Below, in pieces: positions 10,340 through 23,188 of a stretch of DNA of 64,000 nt. The notes below the pieces were generated by a model. It worked only from the letters and a program-made list of their open reading frames with translations. It had not been told where the DNA came from and searched no databases. Location: NCBI RefSeq assembly GCF_900111395.1, contig NZ_FOHV01000002.1, positions 59,675-123,674 of the forward strand, given 5' to 3'. The stretch's first letter is position 1. The number at the start of each line of letters is the position of its first letter. The position numbers and the translations under genes were made by a program. This DNA is from Thorsellia anophelis DSM 18579. Its GTDB lineage: Bacteria; Pseudomonadota; Gammaproteobacteria; Enterobacterales; Thorselliaceae.

Positions 10340-11695
10340 ATGTTTAATTTACTTTTATTTTTAGTCACAATCGGTATATTAGTTGTTATCCATGAATATG
10401 GACATTTTATTGTGGCAAGAAAATGTGGCGTTAGAGTTGAGAAGTTTTCTATTGGATTTGGCCCTAAGCTTTATAGTTGGTATGATAAGAATGGAACAGA
10501 GTTTAGTTTGTCTATGATACCTCTAGGTGGTTATGTCAGGATGCTAGATGAAAGAGTTGCAGAGGTAAATCACACTTTAAAAGACAAAGCATTTAACAAT
10601 AAAACAATCGCTCAGCGCGCTATGATTATTGCAGCAGGCCCACTTGCGAATTTTATATTGGCCTTTTTTATTTTTTGGCTATTAGCAATGATAGGATTTG
10701 AATCTAGAAAATCTGTTATTTTATCTGTTGAACCAATGTCAATTGCATCTCAAGCTAATATACCAGCTAATACAGTGATAATGGAAATTAATGGACAAGA
10801 TGCGCGATCACTTATTACGGCCGAGGCTATCTTACATAAACTCGCTGAAAATAAGACTAGCTCAGCAACACTCATATTACAAGATATGGATGATGAAACG
10901 TATGAGTTTGAGCGAGTGTTATCATTAAGTGATTGGCAGTTTGATCCTCAAAATCAAGTTGCCTTAACAAGTTTAGGTATTGTTTTTCCAGAATACCCAC
11001 TGAATATTCAAGAAGTTTTATCAGATAGTCCCGCGCAGAAAGCAGGACTACAGCCTGGCGATATAATTACACATATGAATGCAGAGCCAGTAAATAGCCG
11101 CCAAGAATTTATCCATTTTATTAATTATCATGCAAATGAAACAGTTTATTTAACTCTTATGCGTAATTCTACAGAAATTGATGTTATGATTACCCCAGAG
11201 AAAATTGTTGATAAACAAGGTGATAAAGAGATATCAAAAGGTAGAATAGGGATTTCATTTGCAAATGATCCGTTAAAGGATGAATATATGCTCAATAATC
11301 GCTATAATCCATTAACAAGTCTCTGGATTGCCAGTAAAATGCTGACTCAAAAAGTAGGATTGATACTAGGATTTTTGGTTGATGCAGTTAAAGGAAATGC
11401 TAGTATTGATGATATCGCTGGGCCAGTTGGAATTGCGCAAGCAGCCGGTTCACAGTTTTCTTTTGGTATGAGTGCCTATTTAGCTTTTTTAGCATTTTTG
11501 AGTATCAATTTAGGGATAATGAATCTGCTGCCGATCCCTGTATTAGACGGTGGACACTTGCTTTTCCTTGCTGTAGAAAAGATTAAAGGAAGTCCGGTTT
11601 CATTAAAAATACAGCAGAATTTTTATTTTGTGGGAGCGATTTTGCTCATACTATTAATGGGATTAACTTTCATTAGCGATTTTATGCGGTTTTGA
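10340..11695 (+). CDS. rseP: RIP metalloprotease RseP (site-2 protease)
   Basis: HEYGHF zinc motif. PDZ domains. C-terminal LDGGH motif. 451 aa. Confidence 0.92.
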   Translation: MFNLLLFLVTIGILVVIHEYGHFIVARKCGVRVEKFSIGFGPKLYSWYDKNGTEFSLSMIPLGGYVRMLDERVAEVNHTLKDKAFNNKTIAQRAMIIAAGPLANFILAFFIFWLLAMIGFESRKSVILSVEPMSIASQANIPANTVIMEINGQDARSLITAEAILHKLAENKTSSATLILQDMDDETYEFERVLSLSDWQFDPQNQVALTSLGIVFPEYPLNIQEVLSDSPAQKAGLQPGDIITHMNAEPVNSRQEFIHFINYHANETVYLTLMRNSTEIDVMITPEKIVDKQGDKEISKGRIGISFANDPLKDEYMLNNRYNPLTSLWIASKMLTQKVGLILGFLVDAVKGNASIDDIAGPVGIAQAAGSQFSFGMSAYLAFLAFLSINLGIMNLLPIPVLDGGHLLFLAVEKIKGSPVSLKIQQNFYFVGAILLILLMGLTFISDFMRF

Positions 11696-11773
11696 TATAA
11701 AATTGCATAGTTAAAAACTGCACTCTAATGTTAACAATGTGCGTATTAGCTTTAGATAATTTAAACAATTTTC

Positions 11774-14257
11774 ATGAAGAATAAACCAATGAAAAAATCT
11801 ATGAATACTAAAAACACTAAACATGTTAAAAGCATGTTAGCACGATTTAAACGCCATCCAATAAAGCATGTGGTTGCTGCCTCACTTTTTTTGGCTAGTA
11901 CGACACTATTAGCGGACAGTTTTGTGCTCCAAAATATTCGTTTTGAAGGATTACAAAGAGTAGATGAAGGAGCTGCATTACTTAATATGCCTGTAAGAAC
12001 GGGTGATACAATAGATGATGAATCTGTTGGAGATGTTATTCGTTCTTTATTTGCTTCAGGAAATTTTGAAGATGTTAAAGTTTTAAGAGACGGTGATTCA
12101 CTAGTGATTCAAGTCACTGAACGTCCAACTATTGCAAGTATTACATTTTCGGGTAATAAAGCAGTTAAAGAAGATCAACTTACTCAAAATCTAGAAGCAT
12201 CAGGCGTAAAAGTTGGTGAAGGTCTAGATAGAAATGCCTTAGCAGATATTGAAAAGGGTTTAGCTGATTTTTATTACAGTGCTGGCAAATATAATGCAGC
12301 GGTTAAAGCCGTTGTTACTCCTCTACCTAGAAATCGTGTCGATCTTAACATTGTCTTTAGTGAAGGCGCTTCTGCTGAAATACAGCAAATTAATATTGTT
12401 GGCAATCAACAATTCACATCCAAAGAGCTTATCAGTAAATTTGATTTACGTGATACATTACCATGGTGGAATATCATGGGTAATAAACAGTATCAAAAAC
12501 AAACTTTGGCAGGTGATTTAGAGAAGCTAAGGAATTTTTACTTAGATCAAGGTTTTGCTAGGTTTACAATTGATTCAACTCAAGTTAGCTTGACGCCAGA
12601 TAAAACAGGTATTTTTGTGACTATCAATATCACTGAAGGTGAAAAATACCAAGTGTCTGATGTGGTTGTTCGTGGTGAGCTAGTTGGTTTGAATAGTAAA
12701 ATTGAAGAGCTTTCTCATGTTGAGCCAGGCACCTTATTTAGTGGACAACGTGTAACTGAAATAGAAAACTCTGTAAAAGAATTATTAGGGGCAAATGGGT
12801 TTGCCTATCCTCAAGTATTAGTTGAACCTGAATTTATTGATGATGCAGGGCAAGTAGTTCTGTATGTGAATGTCAGTCCAGGTAGCCGTTTTTATGTTAG
12901 ACAAATTTCTTTTGAAGGAAATGATATTAGCCGAGATGAAATTTTACGCCGTGAAATGCGCCAATTTGAAGGGGCATGGCTTGCAAGCGATAAAATTGAA
13001 CAAGGCCGTGAAAGATTAAATAGACTAGGGTATTTTGATAGTGTTGAAGTTGAAACTGTCAGAGTGCCAGGAACAGAAGATCAAGTTGATGTTGTCTATC
13101 GTGTCAAAGAACGTAATACTGGTACTTTCAATGTCGGTGTTGGATTTGGTACAGAGAGTGGCTTAAGTTTCCAAGTTGGTGTAGAACAAGACAACTGGCT
13201 CGGAACAGGTAATACGGTTGGAATTAATGCTACAACTAATAAGTCAGACACATCTGTTGATCTTTCATTAACTAATCCTTATTTTACTGCAGATGGCGTG
13301 AGTTTAGGGGGTAGAATTTTCTACAATGCTTTTGATGCATCAGATGCAGATCTAGATAGTTATACAAATAGCAGCTATGGTGCTGATATTTTGATGGGTG
13401 TGCCTGTTAGTGAAACAACTACACTGCGCGCAGGGTTAGGGTATGTACATAATGATATCAAAGATATTCAAGCAAGAATTGATACAGTCCGTTACTTTGA
13501 TGCGTTAGGTAAAGATGTCGATTCCTCAGGTGGAAATAGATATTCATTTAACGCTAACGATTTTAACTTAACGTTAGGCTGGAATTATAATAGTTTAAAT
13601 AAAGGTTTTTTCCCAACAGACGGAATGAGAGCAAACGTGAGTTCGAAAATCACTGTGCCTGGCTCTGATAACCAATACTATAAAATCAATGCCGATATCT
13701 CAAATTATTTGCCATTAGATGAAAAACAAAAATGGGTCTTACTTGGACGTGGTCGCTTAGGTTATGGTGATGGTTTTGGTGGGAAATATATGCCATTTTA
13801 TGAAAATTTCTATGGTGGGGGTTCAAGTTCATTACGCGGGTTTGCGGGCAATAGCATAGGTCCTCGGGCAGTCCCAGTTTCCTGTACGAATCTAAATGAT
13901 TCCAAGTGCATAGGAAATCCTGGCGATGCGATTGGGGGGAATGCGCTAGTTGTTGCGACTGCAGAGTTAATCACGCCGACTCCATTTGTGAGTGAAGAAT
14001 ATTCTAATTCACTACGTACATCGCTATTTATTGATTCAGCGACAGTTTGGGATACGAAATGGAAAAACACTGCAGCAACAAAAGCAGCAGGTATTCCTGA
14101 TTATGGTTCCCCAACTGAATATCGTGCATCAGCGGGTGCAGCGCTGCAGTGGGTATCACCATTAGGACCATTAATTTTCTCTTATGCAGTTCCTGTCAAA
14201 GATTATGCAGGAGATGAATCAGAAGAATTCCAATTCAATATTGGACGAACTTGGTAA
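11774..14257 (+). CDS. bamA: Outer membrane protein assembly factor BamA
   Basis: 827 aa. POTRA repeats plus C-terminal beta-barrel ending ...FQFNIGRTW. Confidence 0.95.
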   Translation: MKNKPMKKSMNTKNTKHVKSMLARFKRHPIKHVVAASLFLASTTLLADSFVLQNIRFEGLQRVDEGAALLNMPVRTGDTIDDESVGDVIRSLFASGNFEDVKVLRDGDSLVIQVTERPTIASITFSGNKAVKEDQLTQNLEASGVKVGEGLDRNALADIEKGLADFYYSAGKYNAAVKAVVTPLPRNRVDLNIVFSEGASAEIQQINIVGNQQFTSKELISKFDLRDTLPWWNIMGNKQYQKQTLAGDLEKLRNFYLDQGFARFTIDSTQVSLTPDKTGIFVTINITEGEKYQVSDVVVRGELVGLNSKIEELSHVEPGTLFSGQRVTEIENSVKELLGANGFAYPQVLVEPEFIDDAGQVVLYVNVSPGSRFYVRQISFEGNDISRDEILRREMRQFEGAWLASDKIEQGRERLNRLGYFDSVEVETVRVPGTEDQVDVVYRVKERNTGTFNVGVGFGTESGLSFQVGVEQDNWLGTGNTVGINATTNKSDTSVDLSLTNPYFTADGVSLGGRIFYNAFDASDADLDSYTNSSYGADILMGVPVSETTTLRAGLGYVHNDIKDIQARIDTVRYFDALGKDVDSSGGNRYSFNANDFNLTLGWNYNSLNKGFFPTDGMRANVSSKITVPGSDNQYYKINADISNYLPLDEKQKWVLLGRGRLGYGDGFGGKYMPFYENFYGGGSSSLRGFAGNSIGPRAVPVSCTNLNDSKCIGNPGDAIGGNALVVATAELITPTPFVSEEYSNSLRTSLFIDSATVWDTKWKNTAATKAAGIPDYGSPTEYRASAGAALQWVSPLGPLIFSYAVPVKDYAGDESEEFQFNIGRTW

Positions 14258-14351
14258 ATTAGAGTGAGTGAAGTTTAATTTATCTAGTGCTTAACTATTT
14301 TATAAAAATATTATTGATTATTGTTCATAACCATTATTTTAGGAGTCAGAT

Positions 14352-14855
14352 GTGAAAAAATTATTAAATTTAGGATTGATCGCTGCTGCATTGATGAGTA
14401 CTACGGCTTTTGCAGAGGATAAACTAGGCGTTGTGAATATTGCATATGTTTTTCAGAATATGCCTGAGCGTGCTGAAATTGCCAAACAGCTAGAAGCTGA
14501 GTTTCAACCAAGAGCAGAGTCTTTGCAAAAAATGGAAAAAGACCTTCAAGATAAATTGAAAAAAATTAATACTGAAGGCGATAAAATGAAAGACGCTGAT
14601 CGTGAAAAATTAGCAAATGAAATTAAAACAATGCGTGATAAATTTGCTGCTGAGGCGCAATCATTTCAGCAAGATAACCAAGAAAGAGAGAATACTAAGC
14701 GTGCTGAATTATTAACTCAAATTCAAGAACAAGTTAAAACCATTTCGGAAGCAGAAGGTTTTACAGTTGTAATTGACTCAACAGCAGTGACATACCGCCA
14801 AGATTCAACTGATATCACTGAAAAAGTTTTAGCAAAATTTACTAAAGCTAAGTAA
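14352..14855 (+). CDS. skp: Periplasmic chaperone Skp (OmpH)
   Basis: GTG start with AGGAG SD. Signal peptide. Coiled-coil-rich 167 aa. Conserved position between bamA and lpxD. Confidence 0.85.
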   Translation: MKKLLNLGLIAAALMSTTAFAEDKLGVVNIAYVFQNMPERAEIAKQLEAEFQPRAESLQKMEKDLQDKLKKINTEGDKMKDADREKLANEIKTMRDKFAAEAQSFQQDNQERENTKRAELLTQIQEQVKTISEAEGFTVVIDSTAVTYRQDSTDITEKVLAKFTKAK

Positions 14856-14863
14856 GGTTAAAC

Positions 14864-15925
14864 ATGCAAGCATTAATAGTTAAAGATATCGCAGCTGAAA
14901 TTGACGCGATTGTGCTAGGAGATGAAACAATTGCAATTAGTCGGTTAGCTTCACTTTTATCGGCTAAGAATACAGAAATTACTTTTTTATCTAATCCTCG
15001 TTATCGAGATGATTTAGTAAATTGTAAAGCAGCTGCAGTTATTTTAACAGAAGAAGATTTACCTTTTTGCCCAGATAATCTTGTTAAGTTAGTGGTAAAG
15101 AACCCCTATTTTGCTTATGCAAAGATTGCAAGATTATTAGATACGACCCCTAAACCTGCAACAGATATCTCTAAATATGCAGTTATTGCTAAGAGTGCTG
15201 TCTTAGGCAAGAATGTGTCGATTGGTGCTAATGCAGTCATTGAAGATGGCGTCGTGCTTGGAGACGATGTTGTTATTGGGGCTGGTTGCTTTATTGGTAA
15301 ATATACTAAAATTGGTGCAAGAACAAAGCTTTGGGCTAATGTTAGCGTTTATCATGAAGTTGAAATAGGGGAAGATTGTTTGTTTCAATCTTCTGCAGTG
15401 GTTGGATCTGATGGTTTTGGATATGCAAATCACCAAGGAAATTGGATTAAAATACCACAACTTGGCAGAGTTATTATAGGCAATAGAGTTGAAATCGGCG
15501 CTTGCACGACAATAGATAGAGGGGCATTAGGTGATACTGTCATAGAAGACGGTGTTATCATAGATAATCTATGCCAAGTAGCTCACAATGTACATATCGG
15601 TAAGAATACAGCAATTGCCGGCTGTGTGACACTAGCAGGTAGCTTAAAAATTGGATCTAACTGCCAGATAGGTGGAGCGAGCGTTCTAAACGGTCACATG
15701 AGCATTGCTGATGGTGTTGTAGTGACAGGAATGGGCATGGTGATGAGACCAATTGATAAACCCGGTATTTATTCATCTGGTATTCCACTACAGACAAACA
15801 AAGAATGGCGAAAAACCGCAGCTCTTGTTATGAACATAGATAAGATGAATAAACGGATTAAGGTATTAGAAAAAGAACTTAAATCTTCAAATAGTACTGA
15901 TAATATGGATGTGAATGAATCATAA
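14864..15925 (+). CDS. lpxD: UDP-3-O-acylglucosamine N-acyltransferase
   Basis: Left-handed beta-helix hexapeptide repeats. Strong identity to E. coli LpxD ([11 protein letters not shown] ... GMGMVMRPI). Confidence 0.93.
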   Translation: MQALIVKDIAAEIDAIVLGDETIAISRLASLLSAKNTEITFLSNPRYRDDLVNCKAAAVILTEEDLPFCPDNLVKLVVKNPYFAYAKIARLLDTTPKPATDISKYAVIAKSAVLGKNVSIGANAVIEDGVVLGDDVVIGAGCFIGKYTKIGARTKLWANVSVYHEVEIGEDCLFQSSAVVGSDGFGYANHQGNWIKIPQLGRVIIGNRVEIGACTTIDRGALGDTVIEDGVIIDNLCQVAHNVHIGKNTAIAGCVTLAGSLKIGSNCQIGGASVLNGHMSIADGVVVTGMGMVMRPIDKPGIYSSGIPLQTNKEWRKTAALVMNIDKMNKRIKVLEKELKSSNSTDNMDVNES

Positions 15926-16010
15926 TTATTATTCACAGCTCGTGAATCTTATTTTAAAAGTGTATGCAAATGGATTTGTTAATTATAAAATTTTAAACAG
16001 GTAAATAATT

Positions 16011-16499
16011 TTGGCTAATCAATCAGAACAAGTAGAACTAGCAGAGCAAGATCCAATTACTATTGATATTGAAGAAATCTTAACGCTTCTTCCACATCGC
16101 TACCCATTTTTGTTAGTTGATCGTGTGGTAAGCGTCAATCTAGGTAAATCGCTTGTCGCTATTAAAAATGTCACGTTTAATGAACCTTTTTTTCAAGGCC
16201 ATTTTCCAGGTAAACCAATTTTTCCTGGCGTTCTCATTCTTGAAGCTATGGCTCAAGCGACAGGTATACTTGCTTTTAAAAGTGTCGGCAAGCTCGCTGA
16301 TGGAGAGCTCTATTATTTTGCTGCAATTGATGAAGCAAGATTCAAACGGCCTGTTATGCCTGGTGACCAACTTGTTCTTGAAGTTGAATTTATCAAAGAA
16401 AGAAGAGGGGTTGCTAGGTTCAAAGGTGTAGCAAAAGTTGACGGTGAGATAGCATGTGAAGCATCAATGATGTGTGCTCGTCGACGCGTAGGAGACTAA
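16011..16499 (+). CDS. fabZ: 3-hydroxyacyl-ACP dehydratase FabZ
   Basis: [14 protein letters not shown] ... [24 protein letters not shown] is near-identical to FabZ. TTG start. Confidence 0.93.
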   Translation: MANQSEQVELAEQDPITIDIEEILTLLPHRYPFLLVDRVVSVNLGKSLVAIKNVTFNEPFFQGHFPGKPIFPGVLILEAMAQATGILAFKSVGKLADGELYYFAAIDEARFKRPVMPGDQLVLEVEFIKERRGVARFKGVAKVDGEIACEASMMCARRRVGD

Positions 16500-16502
16500 A
16501 TT

Positions 16503-17327
16503 ATGACACAATCAAGCCAAGCATCTCCATTTATTCACCCTACTGCTGTTATTCACCCAAGTTCTATTATTGAACCGGGTGCGATTATTAGCGAAAATGT
16601 TGTTGTAGGCCCATTTTGTACGGTAAGTGGACAGGCTAAGATTGGCGCTCATTCAGTTCTTAAATCTCATGTTGTCATAGACGGTATTATTGAAATAGGT
16701 GAACATAACACAATTTTTCCATTTGCTGTATTAGGGGGAATAAATCAAGACCTCAAATATGCAGGTGAACCTACAAGCGTTGTTATTGGCGACAGAAATT
16801 CAATTCGTGAAGGCGTGACGATTCAAAGAGGTACAATCCAGGGTAATAGTGTTACCGTTGTTGGAAATGATAACCTTATGATGATTAACACCCATATCGG
16901 CCATGATTGTATCATTGGAAATAATTGTGTTTTTGCTAATAATGCAACCATGGCAGGGCATGTCACGGTAGGGGATTTTGTGATTATCGGTGGACTAAGC
17001 GCCGTGCATCAATTTTGCGTAGTGGGCTCTCATGCGATGTTAGGTGGTTGCTCTGGTGTTGTTCAAGATATCCCTCCTTATATAATTGCACAGGGTAATC
17101 ATGCAATACCATATGGTGTTAATCTTGAAGGGTTAAAGCGTAGAGGATTTAGTAAATCAGACATTCTCGCGATTCGAGATGCGTATAAAATTTTGTATCG
17201 CAATAGCAACAGTTTAGATGAGGCGAAGCAATCAATCGCAGAGTTATCAAATACCCATACTGTGCTCAATAAATTCACTGAGTTTTTTGCCCTATCCAAA
17301 CGTGGCATTATTCGTGGGCAAAATTAA
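16503..17327 (+). CDS. lpxA: UDP-N-acetylglucosamine O-acyltransferase
   Basis: Hexapeptide repeats. 274 aa. Canonical position. Confidence 0.95.
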   Translation: MTQSSQASPFIHPTAVIHPSSIIEPGAIISENVVVGPFCTVSGQAKIGAHSVLKSHVVIDGIIEIGEHNTIFPFAVLGGINQDLKYAGEPTSVVIGDRNSIREGVTIQRGTIQGNSVTVVGNDNLMMINTHIGHDCIIGNNCVFANNATMAGHVTVGDFVIIGGLSAVHQFCVVGSHAMLGGCSGVVQDIPPYIIAQGNHAIPYGVNLEGLKRRGFSKSDILAIRDAYKILYRNSNSLDEAKQSIAELSNTHTVLNKFTEFFALSKRGIIRGQN

Positions 17328-17331
17328 TCTG

Positions 17332-18498
17332 ATGCAATCTCAAGAAGATAAACCAATTATAATAGGTCTAGTCGCTGGAGAAGTCTCCGGTGATATTCTT
17401 GGTGCCGGATTAATTGCTGCTATCAAGCAACAATACAACAATGTTAGATTTGTTGGAATAGCTGGTCCTAGAATGAAAGCGATGGGATGTGAAGCTTGGT
17501 ATGAGATGGAAGAGCTAGCCGTTATGGGAGTAGTTGAGGTATTAGCTCGCTTGCCAAGGCTATTATCCATTCGCCGTGATTTAGTTAAACGGTTTACAGA
17601 ATTAAAACCAGATGTATTTGTAGGTATTGATGCACCAGATTTTAATTTAACCTTAGAATCAAAACTAAAGCAATCTGGTATCAAAACAGTTCAATATGTT
17701 AGCCCTTCTGTTTGGGCTTGGCGACAAAAAAGGATTTTTAAAATTGCAAAGGCAACACATTTAGTGCTAGCGTTATTGCCATTTGAAAAAGCTTTTTATG
17801 ATAAATTTGAAGTGCCTTGCTTATTTGTTGGACATACCTTAGCGGATAAATTACCACTTGAACCAGATAAAAATGGCGCAAGAAATCGATTGAAACTTGA
17901 ACCAGAGGGTTTGTATTTAGCTATCTTACCAGGTTCAAGGCACGCTGAGATTACTTTACTCACTCCTGTTTTTTTACAAGCGGCAGAAGAACTCTTGAGC
18001 AAAATACCTAATCTTAAATTTATTGTACCTATGGTAAATGAAACTAAGAAGAAGGCTTTTTTAGACATAAAAGCTAAAGTTGCTCCTAACTTACCACTAA
18101 CTGTATTTGAAGGCAAATCTACAGATGTTCTAACGTCTGCTGATGCAACTTTATTAGCATCTGGCACCGCAACACTAGAGTGCATGCTTGCAAAATCACC
18201 TATGGTTGTTGGTTATAAAATGCGTGGGCTTAATTATTTTATTGGCAAAAGGCTAGTTAAAACCCCATTTATCTCATTACCAAACTTACTAGCAAATAAA
18301 CAGGTAGTGCTAGAACTTCTGCAAGATGATTGCATAGTTTCGAATATTGTTAATGGATTAACACCACTACTCAGTGATGTAGAGCATAATAATGCGCTAA
18401 AATCTATTTTTAGAGATCTTCATTTACAGATTCGTTGTAATGCCGATGAGAAAGCAGCGCAAGCTGTGTTATCATTAGTTCAAACACATACGACATAG
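17332..18498 (+). CDS. lpxB: Lipid-A-disaccharide synthase
   Basis: [22 protein letters not shown]-terminus matches LpxB. Start set at the ATG 4 nt after the lpxA stop rather than the longer overlapping ORF. Confidence 0.93.
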   Translation: MQSQEDKPIIIGLVAGEVSGDILGAGLIAAIKQQYNNVRFVGIAGPRMKAMGCEAWYEMEELAVMGVVEVLARLPRLLSIRRDLVKRFTELKPDVFVGIDAPDFNLTLESKLKQSGIKTVQYVSPSVWAWRQKRIFKIAKATHLVLALLPFEKAFYDKFEVPCLFVGHTLADKLPLEPDKNGARNRLKLEPEGLYLAILPGSRHAEITLLTPVFLQAAEELLSKIPNLKFIVPMVNETKKKAFLDIKAKVAPNLPLTVFEGKSTDVLTSADATLLASGTATLECMLAKSPMVVGYKMRGLNYFIGKRLVKTPFISLPNLLANKQVVLELLQDDCIVSNIVNGLTPLLSDVEHNNALKSIFRDLHLQIRCNADEKAAQAVLSLVQTHTT

Positions 18499-18573
18499 AG
18501 TATCTTTCTATAAATTACCAATTGATAAGATCCTGCGTTATCTATTTTATTAACTATCATTGAAATTATCACT

Positions 18574-19710
18574 ATGGCTGATCTCATACATATTTTAGGT
18601 TCCCCTATTACCCATCATAATACGACTGTATTTTCATTTTTCCAAGAGCACATCACTAAACTCACTCATAAAACGTTACCTATAAAATTCATGGTAGCGG
18701 TTGATACCCTTGATCCGAAACAATCTGAAAGATACCGTCTAGATTACCCTGATCTTTCAATTGAGTGCTATGAAGGTAAAAAACAATTAGCTTTAGCATT
18801 GATTGAGCATGCTAAGACACATAAAACGTGTCGTTATTTTTTGCACGGACAATTTAATCCGAAAATATGGTTTAGCCTTATTCTCAATCAACTTGATGGA
18901 AGTCGATTTGCTTGGCATATTTGGGGAGCCGATCTTTATGAAGAAGAAACTAGTCTCAAATATAAATTTTTTTATTTTATAAGGCGTTTTGCACAACAGC
19001 GTATTGAGTGGTTTTTTGCAACAAAGGGTGATGCAGAAGTTCTTGCCAAGCGTATAACACATTCTAAAATAAAGCGATTATATTTTCCAACAAAAATGAA
19101 CTATGACTTAACGCCTAGTCTTGATGTTAAAAGGCATAGATTAGAGCGGTTACAATCGCAAGAAAGAGAGCTAACCATACTACTTGGTAATTCGGGTGAT
19201 AAAACAAATCATCATTTGTTGGGTTTAGATTTGATTTATAAAACATTTGGACAAAATGTGAGAATCATTATTCCTATGGGTTATCCTGAAAATAATCAAA
19301 CTTATATTGCAGAAGTAGAACAAAAAGCGAATCATTTATTTAATATAGGTTCAGTTGATATTTTGAAAGTAAGATTGCCATTTGAAGACTATTTGAAATG
19401 CTTATCAAAATGTGATTTAGCTTATTTCTTATTTGAAAGGCAGCAGGGCATTGGGACTATTTCATTATGTATTCAGCAATGTGTACCATTTGTGCTACAT
19501 TCTGAAAATGCTTTTCATGTGGACTTAAGTTACGAAAACATTCCTTATTTTTTAACAACAAGTCAAATGGATATTGATTCACTTGTTGAATTACAAACTA
19601 ATCTTAATCAAGTTGAAATCGAGAAAATAGGTTTTTTATCACCTAACTATATGTCAGATTGGGCGCAGGCATTGAGTAATCTCACAGGAGAAGAGCATGT
19701 CATTACCTGA
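18574..19710 (+). CDS. wecF: TDP-N-acetylfucosamine:lipid II N-acetylfucosaminyltransferase (ECA)
   Basis: Strong identity to E. coli WecF along its length ([53 protein letters not shown]). Identity judged from recalled E. coli WecF sequence, not a database search. Confidence 0.85.
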   Translation: MADLIHILGSPITHHNTTVFSFFQEHITKLTHKTLPIKFMVAVDTLDPKQSERYRLDYPDLSIECYEGKKQLALALIEHAKTHKTCRYFLHGQFNPKIWFSLILNQLDGSRFAWHIWGADLYEEETSLKYKFFYFIRRFAQQRIEWFFATKGDAEVLAKRITHSKIKRLYFPTKMNYDLTPSLDVKRHRLERLQSQERELTILLGNSGDKTNHHLLGLDLIYKTFGQNVRIIIPMGYPENNQTYIAEVEQKANHLFNIGSVDILKVRLPFEDYLKCLSKCDLAYFLFERQQGIGTISLCIQQCVPFVLHSENAFHVDLSYENIPYFLTTSQMDIDSLVELQTNLNQVEIEKIGFLSPNYMSDWAQALSNLTGEEHVIT

Positions 19711-21040
19711 GTTAAGTTTATTATTAGTCATTTATCTCTTTTCAATTGGATTTGTCGGCTTAATGACAATAAAGGCCTACCAGCGAGATAAATTTAACTT
19801 TCATATACTTTTTTCTTTGCTATTTTTATTGACATTTTATTTCGGGTTTCCATTTACAGTGATGTTAATTTTTGGATACCAGGTGCAAGTTGAAACAACA
19901 ACTTCGTTGGCTTACACATTATTGAGTGCAACCTTATTTTATGGCATTTATTCGCTTGCATATCACACAAAATTAATCCCCGCTAAATCAACTTATAACA
20001 GAAATAAAGCAAAGCCACTGTTAAATTTCACTCGATTGGAAGTTTATCTAACGGTTCTATTTTTAGCTTTTATCTCTATTGGTACATTAGGCGTCTTTTT
20101 TATTCAAAATGGATTTTTATTATTTAAGCTCGATGGTTATAGTGAGATTTTTTCAAGTGGTGTATCAGGGGTTGCTTTAAAACGGTTTTTTTATTTTTTT
20201 ATTCCAGCTATGTTAGTTGTTTATTTTTTAAAACCTACACAAATACGTTGGTTACTTTTTTTAGGTATTTGTACAGCGTTTGGGCTATTCACTTACATTG
20301 TGGTAGGTGGCACGCGCGCAAATATCCTAATTGCGTTTGCGTTATTCTTGTTTATCGGCATTACAAGAGGGTGGATAACACTTTGGATGCTTATCTTAGC
20401 TGGTTTGCTTGGTGTCGTAGGGATGTTTGCGCTTGCGATTATGCGTTATGGATTAGATGTTTCAGGACCTGAAGCTTTTTATCATTTTTTATATCTGACA
20501 AGAGATACCTTTTCTCCTTGGCAGAGTGTTGCTAAAATTTTTGATAATTATGACAAAATCGAAACTCAAGGTTTAATGCCTATTTTGAGAGATTTTTATG
20601 TTTTTATTCCAAAATCTCTTTGGCCTGAAAGACCTGATACAATTGTTAATACGGCGAATTATTTTACTTGGGAACTCTTAAATATTTTTTCAGGATTAGC
20701 TTATTCACCGACGATGCTTGGTTCCATTTTGATTATGGGGGGAGTGGCGTTAATTCCATTTGGCGCAATTTTTGTGGCGTGGGTTATTCGTGCTTTTGAT
20801 GTTTTATACAAATCCGGAAGTGAAGAGACAAATATTTACCGAGCTGCTATCTTGAAAGCATTTTGCTTCGGTGCGATTTTCAATATAATTGTGCTAGTGA
20901 GGGAGGGCATTGATGCTTTTTTCTCAAGACTGATTTTCTTTGTCATAATTTTTGCTCTCTGTGTTTTACTGGCCAAGATTGTCTATTGGATGTTGGTTGC
21001 AGGTAAGTATGTCTATTTTAAGATAAGGCGAATGGTATAA
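19697..21040 (+). CDS. wzyE: ECA polysaccharide polymerase
   Basis: ~450-aa polytopic membrane protein. Lies between wecF and wecG as in the E. coli wec cluster. Overlaps the wecF stop by 14 nt. Confidence 0.8.
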   Translation: MSLPELSLLLVIYLFSIGFVGLMTIKAYQRDKFNFHILFSLLFLLTFYFGFPFTVMLIFGYQVQVETTTSLAYTLLSATLFYGIYSLAYHTKLIPAKSTYNRNKAKPLLNFTRLEVYLTVLFLAFISIGTLGVFFIQNGFLLFKLDGYSEIFSSGVSGVALKRFFYFFIPAMLVVYFLKPTQIRWLLFLGICTAFGLFTYIVVGGTRANILIAFALFLFIGITRGWITLWMLILAGLLGVVGMFALAIMRYGLDVSGPEAFYHFLYLTRDTFSPWQSVAKIFDNYDKIETQGLMPILRDFYVFIPKSLWPERPDTIVNTANYFTWELLNIFSGLAYSPTMLGSILIMGGVALIPFGAIFVAWVIRAFDVLYKSGSEETNIYRAAILKAFCFGAIFNIIVLVREGIDAFFSRLIFFVIIFALCVLLAKIVYWMLVAGKYVYFKIRRMV

Positions 21041-21114
21041 GTTTAAAGCGCTACATATCTCAAAGCAAATACGCTTGAAAAAATGTTATTATTTATATAT
21101 TCACGGAGTTTAAA

Positions 21115-21846
21115 TTGGAACAGATTACCACGTACCAAATTAGAGGGTTTTCAATAGCAGGATTTGCAGATGAAAATCATTTTCTATCCTATCTATTTGA
21201 AAATGGTGATGTTAAAACGGGTGCTTTAGTCGCAATTAATGCAGAGAAGATACTCACCGCTGAAACAAATAGCGAGCTTGCTACTTTAATTCATGAAGCA
21301 GAATATAAATATCCTGATGGCATCAGTATTGTTAAGGGAATAAAACGTAAGTACCCAGGCACTCAAATCACTAGAATTGCGGGAGCTGATCTTTGGGAAG
21401 CTCTGATGGAAAAAGCGGGAAAGCATAATACACCTGTTTTTTTGATAGGCGGGAAACCTGAAACGTTGTCGGAAACACAGCAAAAGCTGAATCAACTTTG
21501 GCAAGTTAATATTGTAGATAGTCAAGATGGTTATTTTAAATCTGATGAAGAAACGGATTTAATCGCACGCATTAAAGCAAGCGGAGCAAAAATTGTCACA
21601 GTGGCAATGGGTTCTCCTAAGCAAGAGTTATTCATTCGTGCCTGTAAAGCAGCTTATCCTAATGCTCTTTATATGGGAGTTGGAGGGACCTATGATGTAT
21701 TTACTGGTCGAGTAAAAAGAGCGCCACTCGTCTGGCAAAATATGGGCTTAGAATGGCTTTATAGACTACTTAGTCAGCCAAGTCGAATTAAACGTCAATT
21801 GAAACTCTTGAAATACGTTTATTATTATTACTTTGGCAAGTTGTAA
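21115..21846 (+). CDS. wecG: UDP-N-acetyl-D-mannosaminuronic acid transferase
   Basis: WecB/TagA/CpsF family (glycosyltransferase family 26). 243 aa. TTG start. Confidence 0.8.
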   Translation: MEQITTYQIRGFSIAGFADENHFLSYLFENGDVKTGALVAINAEKILTAETNSELATLIHEAEYKYPDGISIVKGIKRKYPGTQITRIAGADLWEALMEKAGKHNTPVFLIGGKPETLSETQQKLNQLWQVNIVDSQDGYFKSDEETDLIARIKASGAKIVTVAMGSPKQELFIRACKAAYPNALYMGVGGTYDVFTGRVKRAPLVWQNMGLEWLYRLLSQPSRIKRQLKLLKYVYYYYFGKL

Positions 21847-21872
21847 TTGCTTTGAAGTGAACGTTTTCCAAG

Positions 21873-22502
21873 TTGACTGTCATAGTAGCGCTCGGAGGCT
21901 TTATGAGTTCAGATGAATCAAAACCTATTAAAGGGCTGTTTAAGTTAGAGGAACACTCGGAGTGTCCCCTATGCGGAGCAAAACTTGTGATAAAATCGAG
22001 CAGTAAAGGTCCTTTTTTAGGCTGCTCTAATTATCCTGAATGTCATCATATTCAATCTTTTAAACCGCAGTCGGAAACCACCGTAATTAAAGAGTTGCCT
22101 GAAAAACACTGTGAGCTTTGTCAAAGCCCATTAGTGTTAAGACAGGGGCGGTATGGGATGTTTATCAGTTGTGTAAATTATCCATCATGCCATTATGCTA
22201 TCTCAACGCACAATACGAATGATTCACAAAAAACGCATTCGCTTGAACAAAATGAGTCAATTGAATGTCCTAGCTGCCAAGAAGGGCATTTAATTTCTAG
22301 ACAATCTCGGTTTGGTAAGCGTTTTTGGGGATGTTCTACTTATCCAACTTGCAAATTCATTGTTAATTTGCAACCAATTGCTAAAAGCTGCCCTAAGTGT
22401 CAACTGCCTATATTATTAGAAAAAAGAAATACTAAAGGGGTTATTTACCAGTGTGCAAGCAAGAAATGTGATTTTCACTCTGATATTCAAACAGAGCCTT
22501 GA
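21873..22502 (+). CDS. yrdD: Topoisomerase-type zinc-ribbon protein YrdD
   Basis: Four CxxC...C zinc-ribbon repeats (CPLCGAKLVIKSS..GPFLGCSNYPEC etc.) collinear with E. coli YrdD. Conserved position next to tsaC. Confidence 0.8.
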   Translation: MTVIVALGGFMSSDESKPIKGLFKLEEHSECPLCGAKLVIKSSSKGPFLGCSNYPECHHIQSFKPQSETTVIKELPEKHCELCQSPLVLRQGRYGMFISCVNYPSCHYAISTHNTNDSQKTHSLEQNESIECPSCQEGHLISRQSRFGKRFWGCSTYPTCKFIVNLQPIAKSCPKCQLPILLEKRNTKGVIYQCASKKCDFHSDIQTEP

Positions 22503-22552
22503 TCAGTAAAATAGTTACTTAACCATAGTTTTAATTAACCTCAAAGGCCTTT

Positions 22553-23134
22553 ATGACCACTAACCTTAACCCTGTATTTTCTGTCTCAACAGTTTTAGAA
22601 GCAGCGCAAGCATTAGCATTAGGCCATCTATTAGCCTACCCAACAGAAGCGGTATTTGGATTAGGATGCGATCCTGATAACGAGCAAGCCGTTCTATCGC
22701 TTTACCATCTCAAGCAACGATCTCTCAAAAAAGGATTAATTCTGATTGCATCCAGTTTTGAGCAATTGCAGCCCTACATTGAGCTTGATGCTATGAGTCA
22801 AATCCAGTTAGAAGCCGTTACTCAAACTTGGCCAGGTCCATATACATGGGTTATGCCCTCAAAAAATACTACGCCTCATTACTTACGAGGTGAGTTTGAC
22901 ACTATTGCAGTGAGAGTCAGTGCTCACCCAATAGTAAACAAGTTATGTCAACATTTTGGTAAGCCAATTGTTTCAACAAGCGCCAATATATCTGGTTATG
23001 AACCGGCGAGAAATGCTGAAGAAGTATTTGAGCAATTTGGTCAATCAGTGGTGATTTGTGAAGGCAATGTAGGTGGACTTGGAAAACCAACTACTATTAG
23101 AGATGCGATAACTGGCGAAATTTTTCGAGGATAA
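22553..23134 (+). CDS. tsaC: L-threonylcarbamoyladenylate synthase (YrdC/Sua5 domain)
   Basis: AYPTEAVFGLGCDPDNE, STSANISG motifs. 193 aa. Confidence 0.88.
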   Translation: MTTNLNPVFSVSTVLEAAQALALGHLLAYPTEAVFGLGCDPDNEQAVLSLYHLKQRSLKKGLILIASSFEQLQPYIELDAMSQIQLEAVTQTWPGPYTWVMPSKNTTPHYLRGEFDTIAVRVSAHPIVNKLCQHFGKPIVSTSANISGYEPARNAEEVFEQFGQSVVICEGNVGGLGKPTTIRDAITGEIFRG

Positions 23135-23165
23135 ATAATAGGTTTAGTACTAAACCTATTATTTA
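23132..23165. terminator. Perfect 34-bp palindrome; bidirectional terminator between convergent tsaC and abgT-family gene
   Basis: TAAATAATAGGTTTAGT|ACTAAACCTATTATTTA is exactly self-complementary. A/T-rich flanks on both strands. Confidence 0.65.
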
Positions 23166-23188
23166 GTAGGGCAGAATGATGATGCTTC

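Noticed and set aside
17218-17331. Long N-terminal extension of lpxB overlapping the lpxA 3' end
   Set aside because: The LpxB homology begins at the ATG at 17332, which lies 4 nt after the lpxA stop. The upstream 38 codons have no homology and overlap lpxA.
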